NCBI RefSeq assembly: GCF_018350175.1
Contig: NC_058368.1
Span: 868,001-932,000 of the forward strand
Direction of reading: 5' to 3'
Length of the DNA stretch: 64,000 nucleotides
Source: Felis catus
Lineage: Eukaryota
Shown: positions 12,965-24,520 of the stretch, piece by piece
Layout: the number at the start of each line of letters is the position of its first letter
Numbering within the stretch: the stretch's first letter is position 1
Program-made: the position numbers and the translations under genes
The notes under the pieces: generated by a model
Told to the model about the DNA's origin: nothing
Seen by the model: only the letters and a program-made list of their open reading frames with translations
The model's database searches: none

Positions 12965-15216
12965 ATGAGTATCTTTACATGTACATTTAACGTCTCTTCA
13001 AGTGAAGGATAAATTCCTAGGTTACATTTACAAATGGAACTAATAAGTAAAAAAGATGTGGCAAATTTTAACATCCTTCATGTTACACTTAATTGCAAAG
13101 TGATAAAACTTCAATTTTACAATTTAATTTGAACCCACTAATTATTCTCAGGCCTCACATATTTTTGTAGGGCTTTGAAAAATAGAAAGGATCTAGAAAC
13201 TAAACGATGATATAAATAATGGATAAAAGTGTCCGGCTATTCTTTGTTCCTTTTTATTAGCACATGCCCTCCACACATGTTGCAGGGCTAAGTAAGATCT
13301 TTGTGTTGAAATGACATAAAAAAGGAAAACAGGTGGATGGATAGATGAGTGAGCAGAAGGGTGGTAAGAGAAGGAATGAAGAAATAAATAAATAAATGAA
13401 CTACTAAAGTGGTCAAGTCACAGTCTGAATAAGCTCATCAACACCTTGTCCTAGTCTTCCTTCTTCACTGCCACAGTCTCTGAAGAATTAAGTGACCCAT
13501 GAGAAACTTAATAATTTATTTGTAGCACTAAAAGGAAACCAGAAAATTGTATACCCTGGATATTTAATTTCTCTTAAAACATACTTTCTTATGCCATTCT
13601 GTCAATCTTCTAACTAAAGTGAAACAAAAAAGCAGAGTCCAAATTATCTGGCTTATTAATAATTAAAGCTGTCTTGTATGGTAGGAACCTCAGTCAGATG
13701 TATTTCTTCAGTTTAAGTGCCATAATTTTATTTGCTTTCCCTTGAAAGTACAGAAGATTTTTGACAATTATTAGTGAAAGTTCCAAGACACATTGTCCCC
13801 TTTCCTTTATATATGCCGCAAAACTGCTCAATTTTCAGACAACTTGCTCACATTTTTTAATAATGTTTATTTTTGAAAGACAGAGACAGAGTGCAAGTGA
13901 AGGAGGAGCAGAGACAGAGGGAGACACAGAATCCGAAGCAGGCTCCAGGCTCTGAGCTGTCAGCACAGAGCCCGATGTGGGGTTCGAACCCACAGATCGC
14001 AAGATCATGACCTGAGGCGAAGTCAGATGCTTAACAACTGAGCCACCCAAGCACCCCTCTTTTTGTTTGTTTGTTTGTTTGTTTAAGAATTATTTTAAGG
14101 GCACACAAGAGATGGGGGCGGGGGGCGGGGAGGAAGGGAAGGAGAGAGAGAGGATACCTCAAGCATGCCCCCACCCAGCATGGAGCCCCATCTAGACCCT
14201 GGGATCATAACCTGAGCCAAAATCAAGAGTTGGACTGAGTTACCTAGGCACCCCTGTTCACATTTCTTAAATCAAGATTCTTACAGTTAATTTCAAAAGA
14301 AACTTCCTAGTCAAAATATAAAAAAAAGCCTTTCTAGTTGGCAGACATAGGGTTAAGATTGTTAACAGATTTATCACTGCCTGTATCTGCTATAATACAG
14401 CTAAGTATCAAGACTACCCATAAGATCATCACATGTTGATTACTCTTGCTGATAGTACACAGCTATCTGAATTTCAAATTGAATCTGATATACTCCAGCA
14501 TATTAAATAAATGAGGGGTGACTGGCTGGCTCAGTCAGAAGAACATACAAGTCTTGACCTCAGGGTTGTGGATTCAAGCCTCACAATGGGTGCATACTGC
14601 TAAAATAATAAACTTAAAAAATATGTAAGATTAATGAAAAAACATTCAATTACAAATTACCACATACACAGAACACTCCTCACATCAAGCAACCAACATT
14701 TCACCTAATGTGCAAATAGGTACCCTTTTAAAAATTACTAAGTACTCCATAGTTTCTGCACTTCACTTTAATAATCTGATCATTCCAACTATCCGCCTCC
14801 CTATGCTTCTCTAAATTCCAAAGAGGCAAAACCTGTACCTGTGTCTTTTATTCCCAAGTATATCCCTAATACTTAACGATCCTTTGTTTTTTTTTACTTA
14901 TTTCTAATTTCAAATTAGAACAAAAAAGTTAACAAAACTTAACAAAAAAGTTGCAGAAACAGTGCAGAATGTCTATCCCTCATGCAGCATCCCCTAATAT
15001 TAACATCTTAATGCAAACATAGTACAACTATTAAAAGTAGAAATTAACATTAGTATATTACAATTAAACTACAGATTTTATTGAGATTTCACCAGTTTCC
15101 CCATTAATGCCCTTCTTCTGTTCTAGGATTCTTTCTAGAATCCATTACATTGTATTTAACTATTCTCTTTAGTCTACTTCACTTTCAGTCTTTCTTGGTC
15201 TTTCATGAACTTGGCA

Positions 15217-16565
15217 TTTTTTTTCTTTTCCAGTGCCATGTAGGTTTCACTGCCCGGGCCTGGGACAGACTAGGGATCCTCACCCATGGCAGGGTGAGGA
15301 GGGGATGGAGATGAGGCTGATAATAAAATATGGTTTGTGGTAGAATCACGGGTTCTGTCTTTGCTGAAAAAGAACCAAGGGCCTGGTTAGCTGGTAACTG
15401 CAAAGTCTAATTTTTCTGTGGACTGCACATGCAGGTGCAGCAGGAAGCTTTTCCTGCTGGTTACACCTGCAGGAAGCAGCTGGGAAGTACAGAGTCCAAA
15501 AGCTGGATGCATGGGGCACAGGGAGGAATAAGTCAGAGAAGCCAGTCTGTTAGCTACCATGTTCCACCTGCTTTTGTAAGTACAGGGCACCACCAGGCTG
15601 GAAGCTATCTGGGTGGGCTGAAAATGACCAGGCACAGCATAGGGTTGTAACTGTGGCTGAGACAGGTACTGCACTTCAGTAAATGCTGAAGGTGCTGAGC
15701 TGTTGACTAGGACTACAGGCCAGCATCTTGGGTCCATAGTGAGATGGGGGATGAGCAGTCCCATGGACGCTCATGGACTGCCTCAGGATTGCCTACGCTC
15801 TGGGCCATTATTATTGCCTCTGCAAAAAGAGCTGCTGAACCCATGTAGTGCTGGGTTGTAAGCACTTGGGAGTCTGCATCTCTGTTTGACTTTATCAGCT
15901 GCCAAAAGGAGGCCAGGGTGATTCTGTGCTCCAGGGCTCGTCCCCCGCTATGTGCTGAAGAGGTGAGATCCTGTATAAACAGTCACTCTGCTGGTATGCA
16001 GGTGATGTCGGAGTCTTTTTTCTCCTCCATTTTTCTTCACGTAAAACTTTTCTTGGGCTGTAGGAAAAGCTACTGCCTCTTCCTGTAGGGCCACAAGTTT
16101 CTCCTGCAACTTCAGGATGTGTTCTGTGGTTCCATCTACTTTCTCTTCCTTCTCTCCTGCTTTTGCTTCAACCTGTTTCATCATCTTACACACCTCTCCT
16201 TCCTACTGCAAACCACACTCCTGGCTCCGTCATGATGCGCTAGTACAATGCCCAGGCCATGGTACCAGAATCCTTGGGGCATTCCAGGAATGCAGGAATG
16301 GGATTGCTGGGGGCACCTGGGCCGAGGGAGCCCTGCTCTGTCACTGACTGCCAGACCTTGTACTGGACATGTGGGGCAGAAGGTCCTCAGGGGGTACCAT
16401 GCCCAGCTGAGGCAAAAGCCCACCTATGTGCTGCCATGGTCAGGTGCGCAGCACTTGCCTCCCTGCCCTGCCAGCCTTGCAGCCAGAGGTCTACCATGTG
16501 CACAGGCCAGGGTCTCTAGCCTGAGCACTCAGCACACCTTCTTCCCCACCAGCCTCAGGGTGTAT
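15217..16565 (-). pseudogene. GPS2: Processed pseudogene of GPS2 (G protein pathway suppressor 2), near full length and decayed
   Basis: Peptides EHILKLQEKLVALQEE, PSAFTEVQYLSQPQLQPYAVPGHFQPTQ and QNP*FYHK match recalled GPS2. Intronless. Start decayed to ATT (16299-16297), stops at 16242-16240 and 15348-15346, frameshifts. Poly(A) remnant at about 15217-15229. Confidence 0.92.
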
Positions 16566-17450
16566 CTGACACTTCAAAAAAAAAAAAAAAAAAAAAAAAA
16601 ACTGATTATTTTGTACAATGTCCTTCAAGCTGGGCTCATGTTATATGCCCTCATGAAAATGTCCAATGCTAGAAATGTTTGGCAAAAAAAAAAAAAAAAA
16701 AAAAAACACACACACAAAAATGACAATGTATCCTTCTGAGTATATTGTATCAAGGAGTATCTGGTGTCAATGTCTCATTACAGGTGACATGAACCTTAAT
16801 GCTTGTTGCTTCTCCACTTTAACTTTACTATTTTTCCATTAGTATGTAATACAAAAGAGAAACGTAAACTGCGTTTCTCAAGTTTGGGCATAAATTTGAA
16901 ACACCCATCAGTAAATCTTGTTTGTAACAATTATTATTATTACATGGCATGCCCACTGGTGATTTTCTCTCTCTCATTCCTTCCATACTGATTGTTGTTC
17001 TATTATAAGGAAAAGCTATCCATTGTCTTCCATTTATTTATTCATTCAATTGTTTACTTTTATCAGCATGAGCTTCTGGATATCTAATTTATTCTGCAGT
17101 TTAAAATGTAGTATTATCAGGGCTCCTGGGTGGCTCAGTTGGTGGAGCATCTGACCTCAGCTCAGGTCATGATCTCCCGGATTGGCAGTTCAAGCCCCGC
17201 ATCAGGCTCACTACTCAGTGCACTTTGGATCCTCTGTCCCTCTCTCTCGGCCCCTCCCCTACTTGCACTTTCTCAAAAATATATAAAATATTAAAGAAAA
17301 AAAAGTTCTATAAGAAAAATAAATAAATAAAATAAAATCTAATACTACCATTTTTTATTTTGTTGTTGAAATTTTTCCAAGTTTGGCCATTTAGGAGCAC
17401 CTTCATTGTGGCTCCTATGTATTTTCAACGTGTCTCATCTTTTATGAATA

Positions 17451-20400
17451 TAGGTCTACTGCATTGTATTGGGTTTTGCTTTACTGCACATACAGTATTT
17501 TTTTATACAATTTTTTTTCTTTTTTTACAAACTAAGGGTGTGGCAACTCTGCAGGCTATTGGTGCCACTGTTCCAAAAGCACGTGTTCACTTTGTGTCTT
17601 TGTGTCATATTTTGGTAGGTAATTATCAAAATATTTCATTACTATATTTGTAAGGCTGATGTGTGATGATTTTTTTAAATTTTTTTTAACGTTTATTTAT
17701 TTTTGAGAGAGAGAGACAGAGCATGAACGGGGAGGGGCAGAGACAGAGGGAGACACAGAACTGGAAGCAGGCTCCAGGCTCTGAGCCATCAGCCCAGAGC
17801 CTGATGCAGGGCTCGAACTCACGGACGGTGAGATCGTGACCTGAGATGAAGTCAGACGCTTAACCGACTGAGCCACCCAGGCGCCCCATGATGTGTGATG
17901 ATTTTTGATGTTGCTTACTACTGTAATTGTTCTGAGGCACCACAAACCACACCCACATCCGGACAGTAAACATGATCAATAAACACTGTATAATCTAACT
18001 GCTCCATCAACGAGCCATTCCCCCCTCTCTCTCCCCTCTCTTCTCTCTCTTTCTTCTTGGGCCTCCCTACTCCTTGAGACACAACAATATTGAAATTAGG
18101 CCAATGCCTAATCCTAGAATGGTATTTAAGTATTCAAGTGAAAGGAAGAGTTGCATGTCTCTTACTTTAAATCAAAAGCTAGAAATGATTAAGCTTCATG
18201 AGGAAGGCATGGTGAAAGCCAAAAGAGACCAAAAGCTAGGCTACTTGCACCAAACAGTTAGCGAAGTTGTGAATACAAAGGAAAAGTTCTTCAAAGAAAT
18301 AAATCAAAAAGTGCTACTCCACCAGCACCTGGGTGGCTCAGCTGGTTGAGCGTCTGACTCTTGGTTTCGGCTCAGGTCATGAACTCATGGCTTCATGGGT
18401 TCAAGCTCCACACTGGGTTGTGCACTGACAGTGTAGAGCCAGCTTGGTAGTCTCTCTCCACCTCTCTCTCTGCCCCCCCCCCCCCCCGAATCGTGCTATC
18501 TCTTAAAGAAACAAACAAAAAAGTGTTACTCCAGTGAACACAGGAATGGTAAGAAAACAAAATAGCCTTGTTGCTGGAATGGAGGACTTTAAGTACATTA
18601 CATAGAGGATCGAACCAGCCACAAGGTTCCCTATAGACTTAATCCAGAACAAGGCCCTAATGCTATTCAATTCTATGCAGGTTGAAAAAGGTGAGGAAAC
18701 TACAGGAAAAAAATTTATGAAGCTAGCAGAGATGTAGAAGCTGCCATCAAGTTATCCAGAAGATGTAGCTTAGATAATTAATGAAGGTGGCTACACTAAA
18801 CAACAGATTTTCAATGTAGACTAAATAGGCTTATACTGAAAGAAGATGCATCTAGGACTATCATGGCTACAGAAGGCTGACTGTCTTGTTAGGGGCTAAG
18901 GGAGCTGGTGACCTGAAGGTGAAGCCAATGCTCACTGACCATTCTGAAAATTCTAGGGCTCTTAAGAATTATGCTCAACCTACTGTTCTATACATTGCGC
19001 AACAAAGCCTGGATGATAGCACATCTTTTTATAATGTGGTTTACTGAGTATTTTAAGCCCACTGCTGAGATCTTCTGCTCAGGAAAAAAAAAAAAAAAAA
19101 GAGTCCTTTCAAAATATTGCTGCTCACTGACAATGCAACTGGTCACCCAAGAGCTCTGGTGGCAATATACAATGACTTTAATGTTTTCGTGCCTGCTAAC
19201 AACATCCATTCTACAGCCCACAGACCAAGGAGCAATTCTGACTTTTAAGTCTTATTTTTTTAAAAATACATTTCACAGGGCGCCTGGGTGGCTCAGTCAG
19301 TTAAGCGTCCGACGTCGGCTCAGGTCATGATCTCGCGGTCCGTGAGTTCGAGCCCTGCATCGGGCTCTGTGCTGACAGCTCAGAGCCTGGAGCCTGTTTC
19401 AGAATCTGTGCCTCCCTCTCTCTCACCCTCCCCTGTTCATGCTCTGTCTCTGTCTCAAAAATAAATAAACGTTAAAAAAAAAAAGTTTTTTTTTTTTAAA
19501 TACATTTCACAAAGCCAGAGCTGCCCTAGACAGTGATTCTTCTGATGGATCTGGGCAAAGTAAAATGAAAAACTTCCAGAAAGGATTTCACCATTCTAGG
19601 TGCCACTAAAAACATCTGTGCTTCAAAGGAAGAAGTCTATCAACATTAACAGGAGTTTGAAGAAGTTGACTCCAACCCAACCCTCATGGATGACTTTGAG
19701 TTGAGGGGCTCAAGACATCAGTGGAGGAAATAAATGCAGATGTGGTGGAAAAAGCAAACGAACTAGAACTACAAGTAAAGCCTGAAGTTGTGATTGAATT
19801 GCTGCAGTCTCATGACCAAACTTTAACAAATGAGAAGCTGCTTCTATGGATATGCAAAGAAATTAGTTTCTTGAGATGGGATCTACTACTGGTGAAGATG
19901 CCGTGAAAATTGTTGAATTGACAACAAAGAACTTAGCATATTACATAAATGAAGCTGATAAAGCATCAGCAGGGTTTGTAAGGATTGGCTCCAATTTTGA
20001 AATAAGTTCTACTGTGGGTAAAATGCTATCAAATAGCATCGCATACGACAGAGAAATCATTTGTGAAGAGTCAAAAAATTGCCACAGCCTCCCCAACCTT
20101 CAGCAAGCACCTCATCAGTTAGTAGTCATCAACAGCAAGAAAAGATCTTACACCAACAAAAAGATTACAATTCACTGAAAGCTCAATGATGGTTAGCACT
20201 TTTTTTTTTTTCATTTTTTTAAGTTTATTTATTTATTTTGGGGCACCTGGGTGGCTCAGTCAGTTAAGCATCTGACTTTGGCTCAGGTCATGATCTCGCA
20301 GTTTTGTGAATTCAAGCCCTGTGTCAGGCTCTCTGCTGACAGCTCAGAAACTGGAGCCTGCTTCAGATTCTGTGTCTCCCCCTCTCTCTGTCCCTCCCCT

Positions 20401-20880
20401 GCTCATGCTCGCTCTCTCAATAATAAATAAATGTTAAAAAAAAAATTTTAAGTTTATTTATTTTGAGAGAAAGCAAGCACAAGTTGGGGGGGGGGGGGGG
20501 GAGCGGGCAGGCAGCGAGGGAGAGAAAGAATTCCAACCAGGCTCTGTGCCATCAGCACAAAGCCCAGGGTGAGGCTCAAACCCGTGAAACATGAGATCAT
20601 GACCTGAGCCAAAATGAGGAGTCAGGCGCTTAACCGACTGAGCCCCACAGGCATCCTCCACTTTTTTTTTAATCAATAAGTGTTTTTTCATTAAGGTGTG
20701 TAAATTTTTTTAGATATAATGCTCTTGGCACACTTTATACACTTTATACAGTGTATAGTGTAAATGTTAACTTTTATATGTACTGAGAAACCAAAAAATT
20801 AATCTGATACTTTTTATTGCAATATTCACTTTACTCCAGTGGTCTGATACCAAACTTGCAGTATCTCAGAGGTACAACTG
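17451..20880 (+). mobile_element. Tigger1 DNA transposon (pogo/TcMar), full length, decayed, interrupted by five SINEs
   Basis: Degenerate terminal inverted repeats with TA at both ends (17449-17450, 20881-20882). Transposase remnants SLTLNQKLEMIKLHEEGM, TTSILQPTDQGAILTFKSY, NFEISSTVGKMLSNSIA. Confidence 0.92.
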
Positions 20881-22326
20881 TACTTTCTTATTCTCTGGCA
20901 CAACATTCCAGGATCATCTCACACCTTCCAGTCCAGTAATCAACCACTTCCCCACAAAGCCTTGGTTCCATTTATTACAGAATGGTGTTTAGAAACCAAA
21001 ATCTGGGCACGATGTGTGTTCACCGCTTCTAGGTGAACAAGGATTATGAAATACATGTATGTATGTGAACCCACACATACACACACACATCTATATTTCT
21101 GTCTAAATTAAATATACTGAGTTCATACTAATACCTCTGATCCCAATTCAACACCCCAGGATTCATTTTAGTTTTAGCCTTTCTCTTTCTCCAACAAGGA
21201 GAAAACCTGCATTTGATTATCTACATTTGTTCATCTGTTTACTCAAAAAAAAAAATACATATACATTCTTTCCATTAAAGACCTAATCAGGGGAGCCGGG
21301 TTGCTCAGTCGGTTAAGCGTCCAACTCTTGATTTCAGCTCAGGTCAGATCTTACGGTTCGTGGGTTCAAGCCCTATGTCAGGTTCTGCACTGATAGCATG
21401 GAGCCTGCTTGGGATTCTCTCTCCTCTCTCTGCCCCCCCCCCCCCCCCCCGCTCTCTCTCTCAAAATAAATAAACAATTAAAAAAATTAAAAAGTCGTCT
21501 CAGAACTGCTAGCCCATATCCCTGTGAGAAACACATTAACTAGATTAAAATTTTGATGTACTGTTTTTCTTGCCATTGGCTTATACTGTCCAGTCAAGAC
21601 AGTGTTTTCCAAAGTTATTTAGGGTCCTTATTTCCTTCCCCATACCCTTTCAGAGTGATAATGTTATTCACTTGCAATACAACTATGTTCTTTTGTTTTA
21701 AGATTTTATTTTTAAGTAATCTCTACACCCAATGTGGGGCTCGAACTTATAACCCTGAGATCGAGAACTGCATGCTCCACCAACTAAGCCAGGCCCCCAT
21801 TTGTTTTTCTTTTTATGCCCTTTTATGGGTTCTCCGACACTGGTTATTTTTTTTAGCAGATGAAGGGTAGAGTACTAATTCTAAAAGTCTAGCTGTCAAG
21901 TATAAGTATCAGGGAAAGATGGAGTCATAGTTTTATGTATGGGAGGGGTGGTTTCCTTTTCTTGTAAAAGTAGAAGAGACTTTAACATATTTACATAAAA
22001 AGAAGCAACAAGGAAGAAGTTGGCAAAAGGTCCCTTGTGTAAGGAAAACATGCAGGGCATTTTATACAATAGTGGTTCTCAAGCTTTATGATGCATTAGA
22101 ATCACCTGGAAGATTTTTAAGGACAGTTGGCTGGTCTCCACCCCTACCATTTCTGATTCACCAGTTGGGGGATGTGGAGGCTTGAAAATAGAATGCTGGG
22201 CACCTGGGTGGCTCAGGAGGTGGAGCGTCTGACTTTTGGTTTCAGCTCGGGTCAAGATCTCTCGGTTTGTGGGACCAAGCCCCACGTTGGGCTCTGTGCT
22301 GACGGAGCAGAGCCTGCTTAGCATTC

Positions 22327-22360
<34 letters not shown>

Positions 22361-23024
22361 CCTTGCCCTCCCTCCCTCTGCCACTCCCTCACTCCTTCTC
22401 TCTCAAAATAAATAACCATTAAAAAAAAAAATGCGAATGCTGCCTGTCAAAATACCATAATTTCAAAATAAGTAGGTTAGAGTGAAATCAGAGTAGTTCC
22501 AAGACAGAAACATATACACATTGTTTTAATCAAGCACAAAGTTAGAAAAAATACATTAAAATATACTGAATACTATCTATCTCCAGACCATACTTGACAC
22601 TTATTCAAGGTTTTTCACCTTGTCTTTTATTTTTTATTTCCCACGATCACCTTACTTTCTACCACAAGCACTTACTACCTTTATAACACTTAAAAAACCA
22701 AACTTTAAGTGTGCTTAATGTATCATAGCTTTGAGGGGCACCTGGGTGGCTCAGTAAGTTAAGCGTCCAACTTCAGCTCAGGTCATGATCTCACAGTTCG
22801 TGAGTTCTAGCCCCATGTCAGGCTCTGTACTGACAACTCAGAGCCTGGAGCCTGCTTCAAATTCTGTGTCTCCCTCTCTCTCTCTGCCCCTCCCCTGCTC
22901 ACACTCTCTCTCTCAAAAAATAAACATTAAAAAAGAAAAAAATTTTTAAATATATCATAGCTCTGTTTATAACATTTCCTAATTACTATGATTTTCAACA
23001 ACTCTTAAAAGTAACATTTATCTC

Positions 23025-23251
23025 GGGGCGCCTGGGTGGCGCAGTCGGTTAAGCGTCCGACTTCAGCCAGGTCACGATCTCGCGGTCCGGGAGTTCGAGC
23101 CCCGCGTCGGGCTCTGGGCTGATGGCTCAGAGCCTGGAGCCTGTTTCCGATTCTGTGTCTCCCTCTCTCTCTGCCCCTCCCCCGTTCATGCTCTGTCTCT
23201 CTCTGTCCCAAAAATAAATAAACATTGAAAAAAAAAATTAAAAAAAAAAAA
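23025..23251 (+). mobile_element. Young felid SINEC
   Basis: Same subfamily; perfect TSD AAAAGTAACATTTATCTC. Confidence 0.95.
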
Positions 23252-23833
23252 AAAAGTAACATTTATCTCATTATATTTCACAATTAAATATTTCTGGTAT
23301 AAGAAAAGCTGTTAATTTTTATTTATACATCTTAGATCAACCAGTCTCCCAAACATCCTTATTTAACCTAAAATATTTTAAGTTGACCATCACAGTTGTC
23401 TATCGTATACTGAGATTTTAAATGCCCATACCCCTTTTTAATCATGTATCCCACTTCCATAAATCTTTAAGCAAATTATCAGAAGCCCGAAACAAGAAAA
23501 ACTAAAACTAAGAGCAGTTAATATATAGCCATCTCTAGGAAAAAAACGATCCAGGAAATCATAATACATTCTTACAAATTATATGAAGCACTTAAGTCCC
23601 TTATGTACGTTCACAGTGAATGCAAAGTGTCCATAACCAGCTAAAAAAATAAAGGAAACATAAGAATAACAAAGAACTATGCTAGTTTATAGTCAAAATG
23701 GAAAATTTTGTTACTTTTCTGTATTTTCCAACTTGTACAATTTGTTTATAATAGGCAGTAGGGAATTTTATCAATAACACACACAACAAAAACTGGGTAT
23801 GTTCACATATGTATTATGGTGATGTTCTTTTAC

Positions 23834-23918
23834 CTCAGTTGTATTTGCTTCCGTTTTTGCAACTCTTGGTTTCTGAGTTCTTCCAATCGTCTGAGTTCTT
23901 CTTGACGCCTCATTAGAT
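23834..23918 (-). CDS. PSPC1: PSPC1 coding exon 5 (coiled coil)
   Basis: (D)[27 protein letters not shown](R). Acceptor TTTATAG|AT, donor GAG|GTAAAA, 85 nt. Confidence 0.97.
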
Positions 23919-24299
23919 CTATAAAATAAACCACACATTAATATTTCTACCTTCTCTTTCTGTATTTTTAAATCAGTAAACATATTATTACTGACAATAT
24001 ATTCAGTAACGTATTCATATTCATGCACCTAGCTTCTCTTTTGTCTATAATACCATCTTATAATGAAAGATTATATAAGCTGTATAATCAAATTACTATC
24101 TTTGCTGGACCTGTTTGTTTCCTCATAGGTATGAAAATAATAAAATTCATCCTTATGTTAATAAATTAAAATGGGTAGTAATTGTTTTAACATAAGGCCT
24201 AGTACATACTAAAAATGGAATAAATATGTACATATTTTCATGTACACTCGTAAACACATTAAAATTTTTTTTCAGCAGTGAATATAAAGCACAAAAAGA

Positions 24300-24520
24300 G
24301 GGGCGCCTGGGTGGCGCAGTCGGTTAAGCGTCCGACTTCAGCCAGGTCACGATCTCGCGGTCTGTGAGTTCGAGCCCCGCGTCAGGCTCTGGGCTGATGG
24401 CTCGGAGCCTGGAGCCTGTTTCTGATTCTGTGTCTCCCTCTCTCTCTGCCCCTCCCCCGTTCATGCTCTGTCTCTCTCTGTCCCAAAAATAAATAAAAAC
24501 GTTGAAAAAAAAATTTTTTT
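24300..24520 (+). mobile_element. Young felid SINEC
   Basis: Same subfamily; TSD AAAGCACAAAAAGA. Confidence 0.95.

Larger units (their letters stand above)
14890..21690 (-). mobile_element. Ancient L1M-type 3' region acting as host for the GPS2 retrocopy and Tigger1
   Basis: Fragments at about 14890-15216, 16570-17450 and 20881-21690 read as one continuous old L1 (L1MC/MD-like) 3' sequence once the inserts are removed. Subfamily from memory. Confidence 0.65.

Noticed and set aside
16248..16739. 163-aa plus-strand ORF with poly-Lys
   Set aside because: Antisense to the GPS2 retrocopy and runs through genomic A-tracts.
18074..20178. Possible domesticated TIGD1-like transposase gene
   Set aside because: Frame broken by stops, frameshifts and SINE insertions.
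20485..20501. Long G/C homopolymers (also about 18473 and 21433) as G-quadruplex elements
   Set aside because: Expansions of the SINE C-rich linker; no independent evidence of function.
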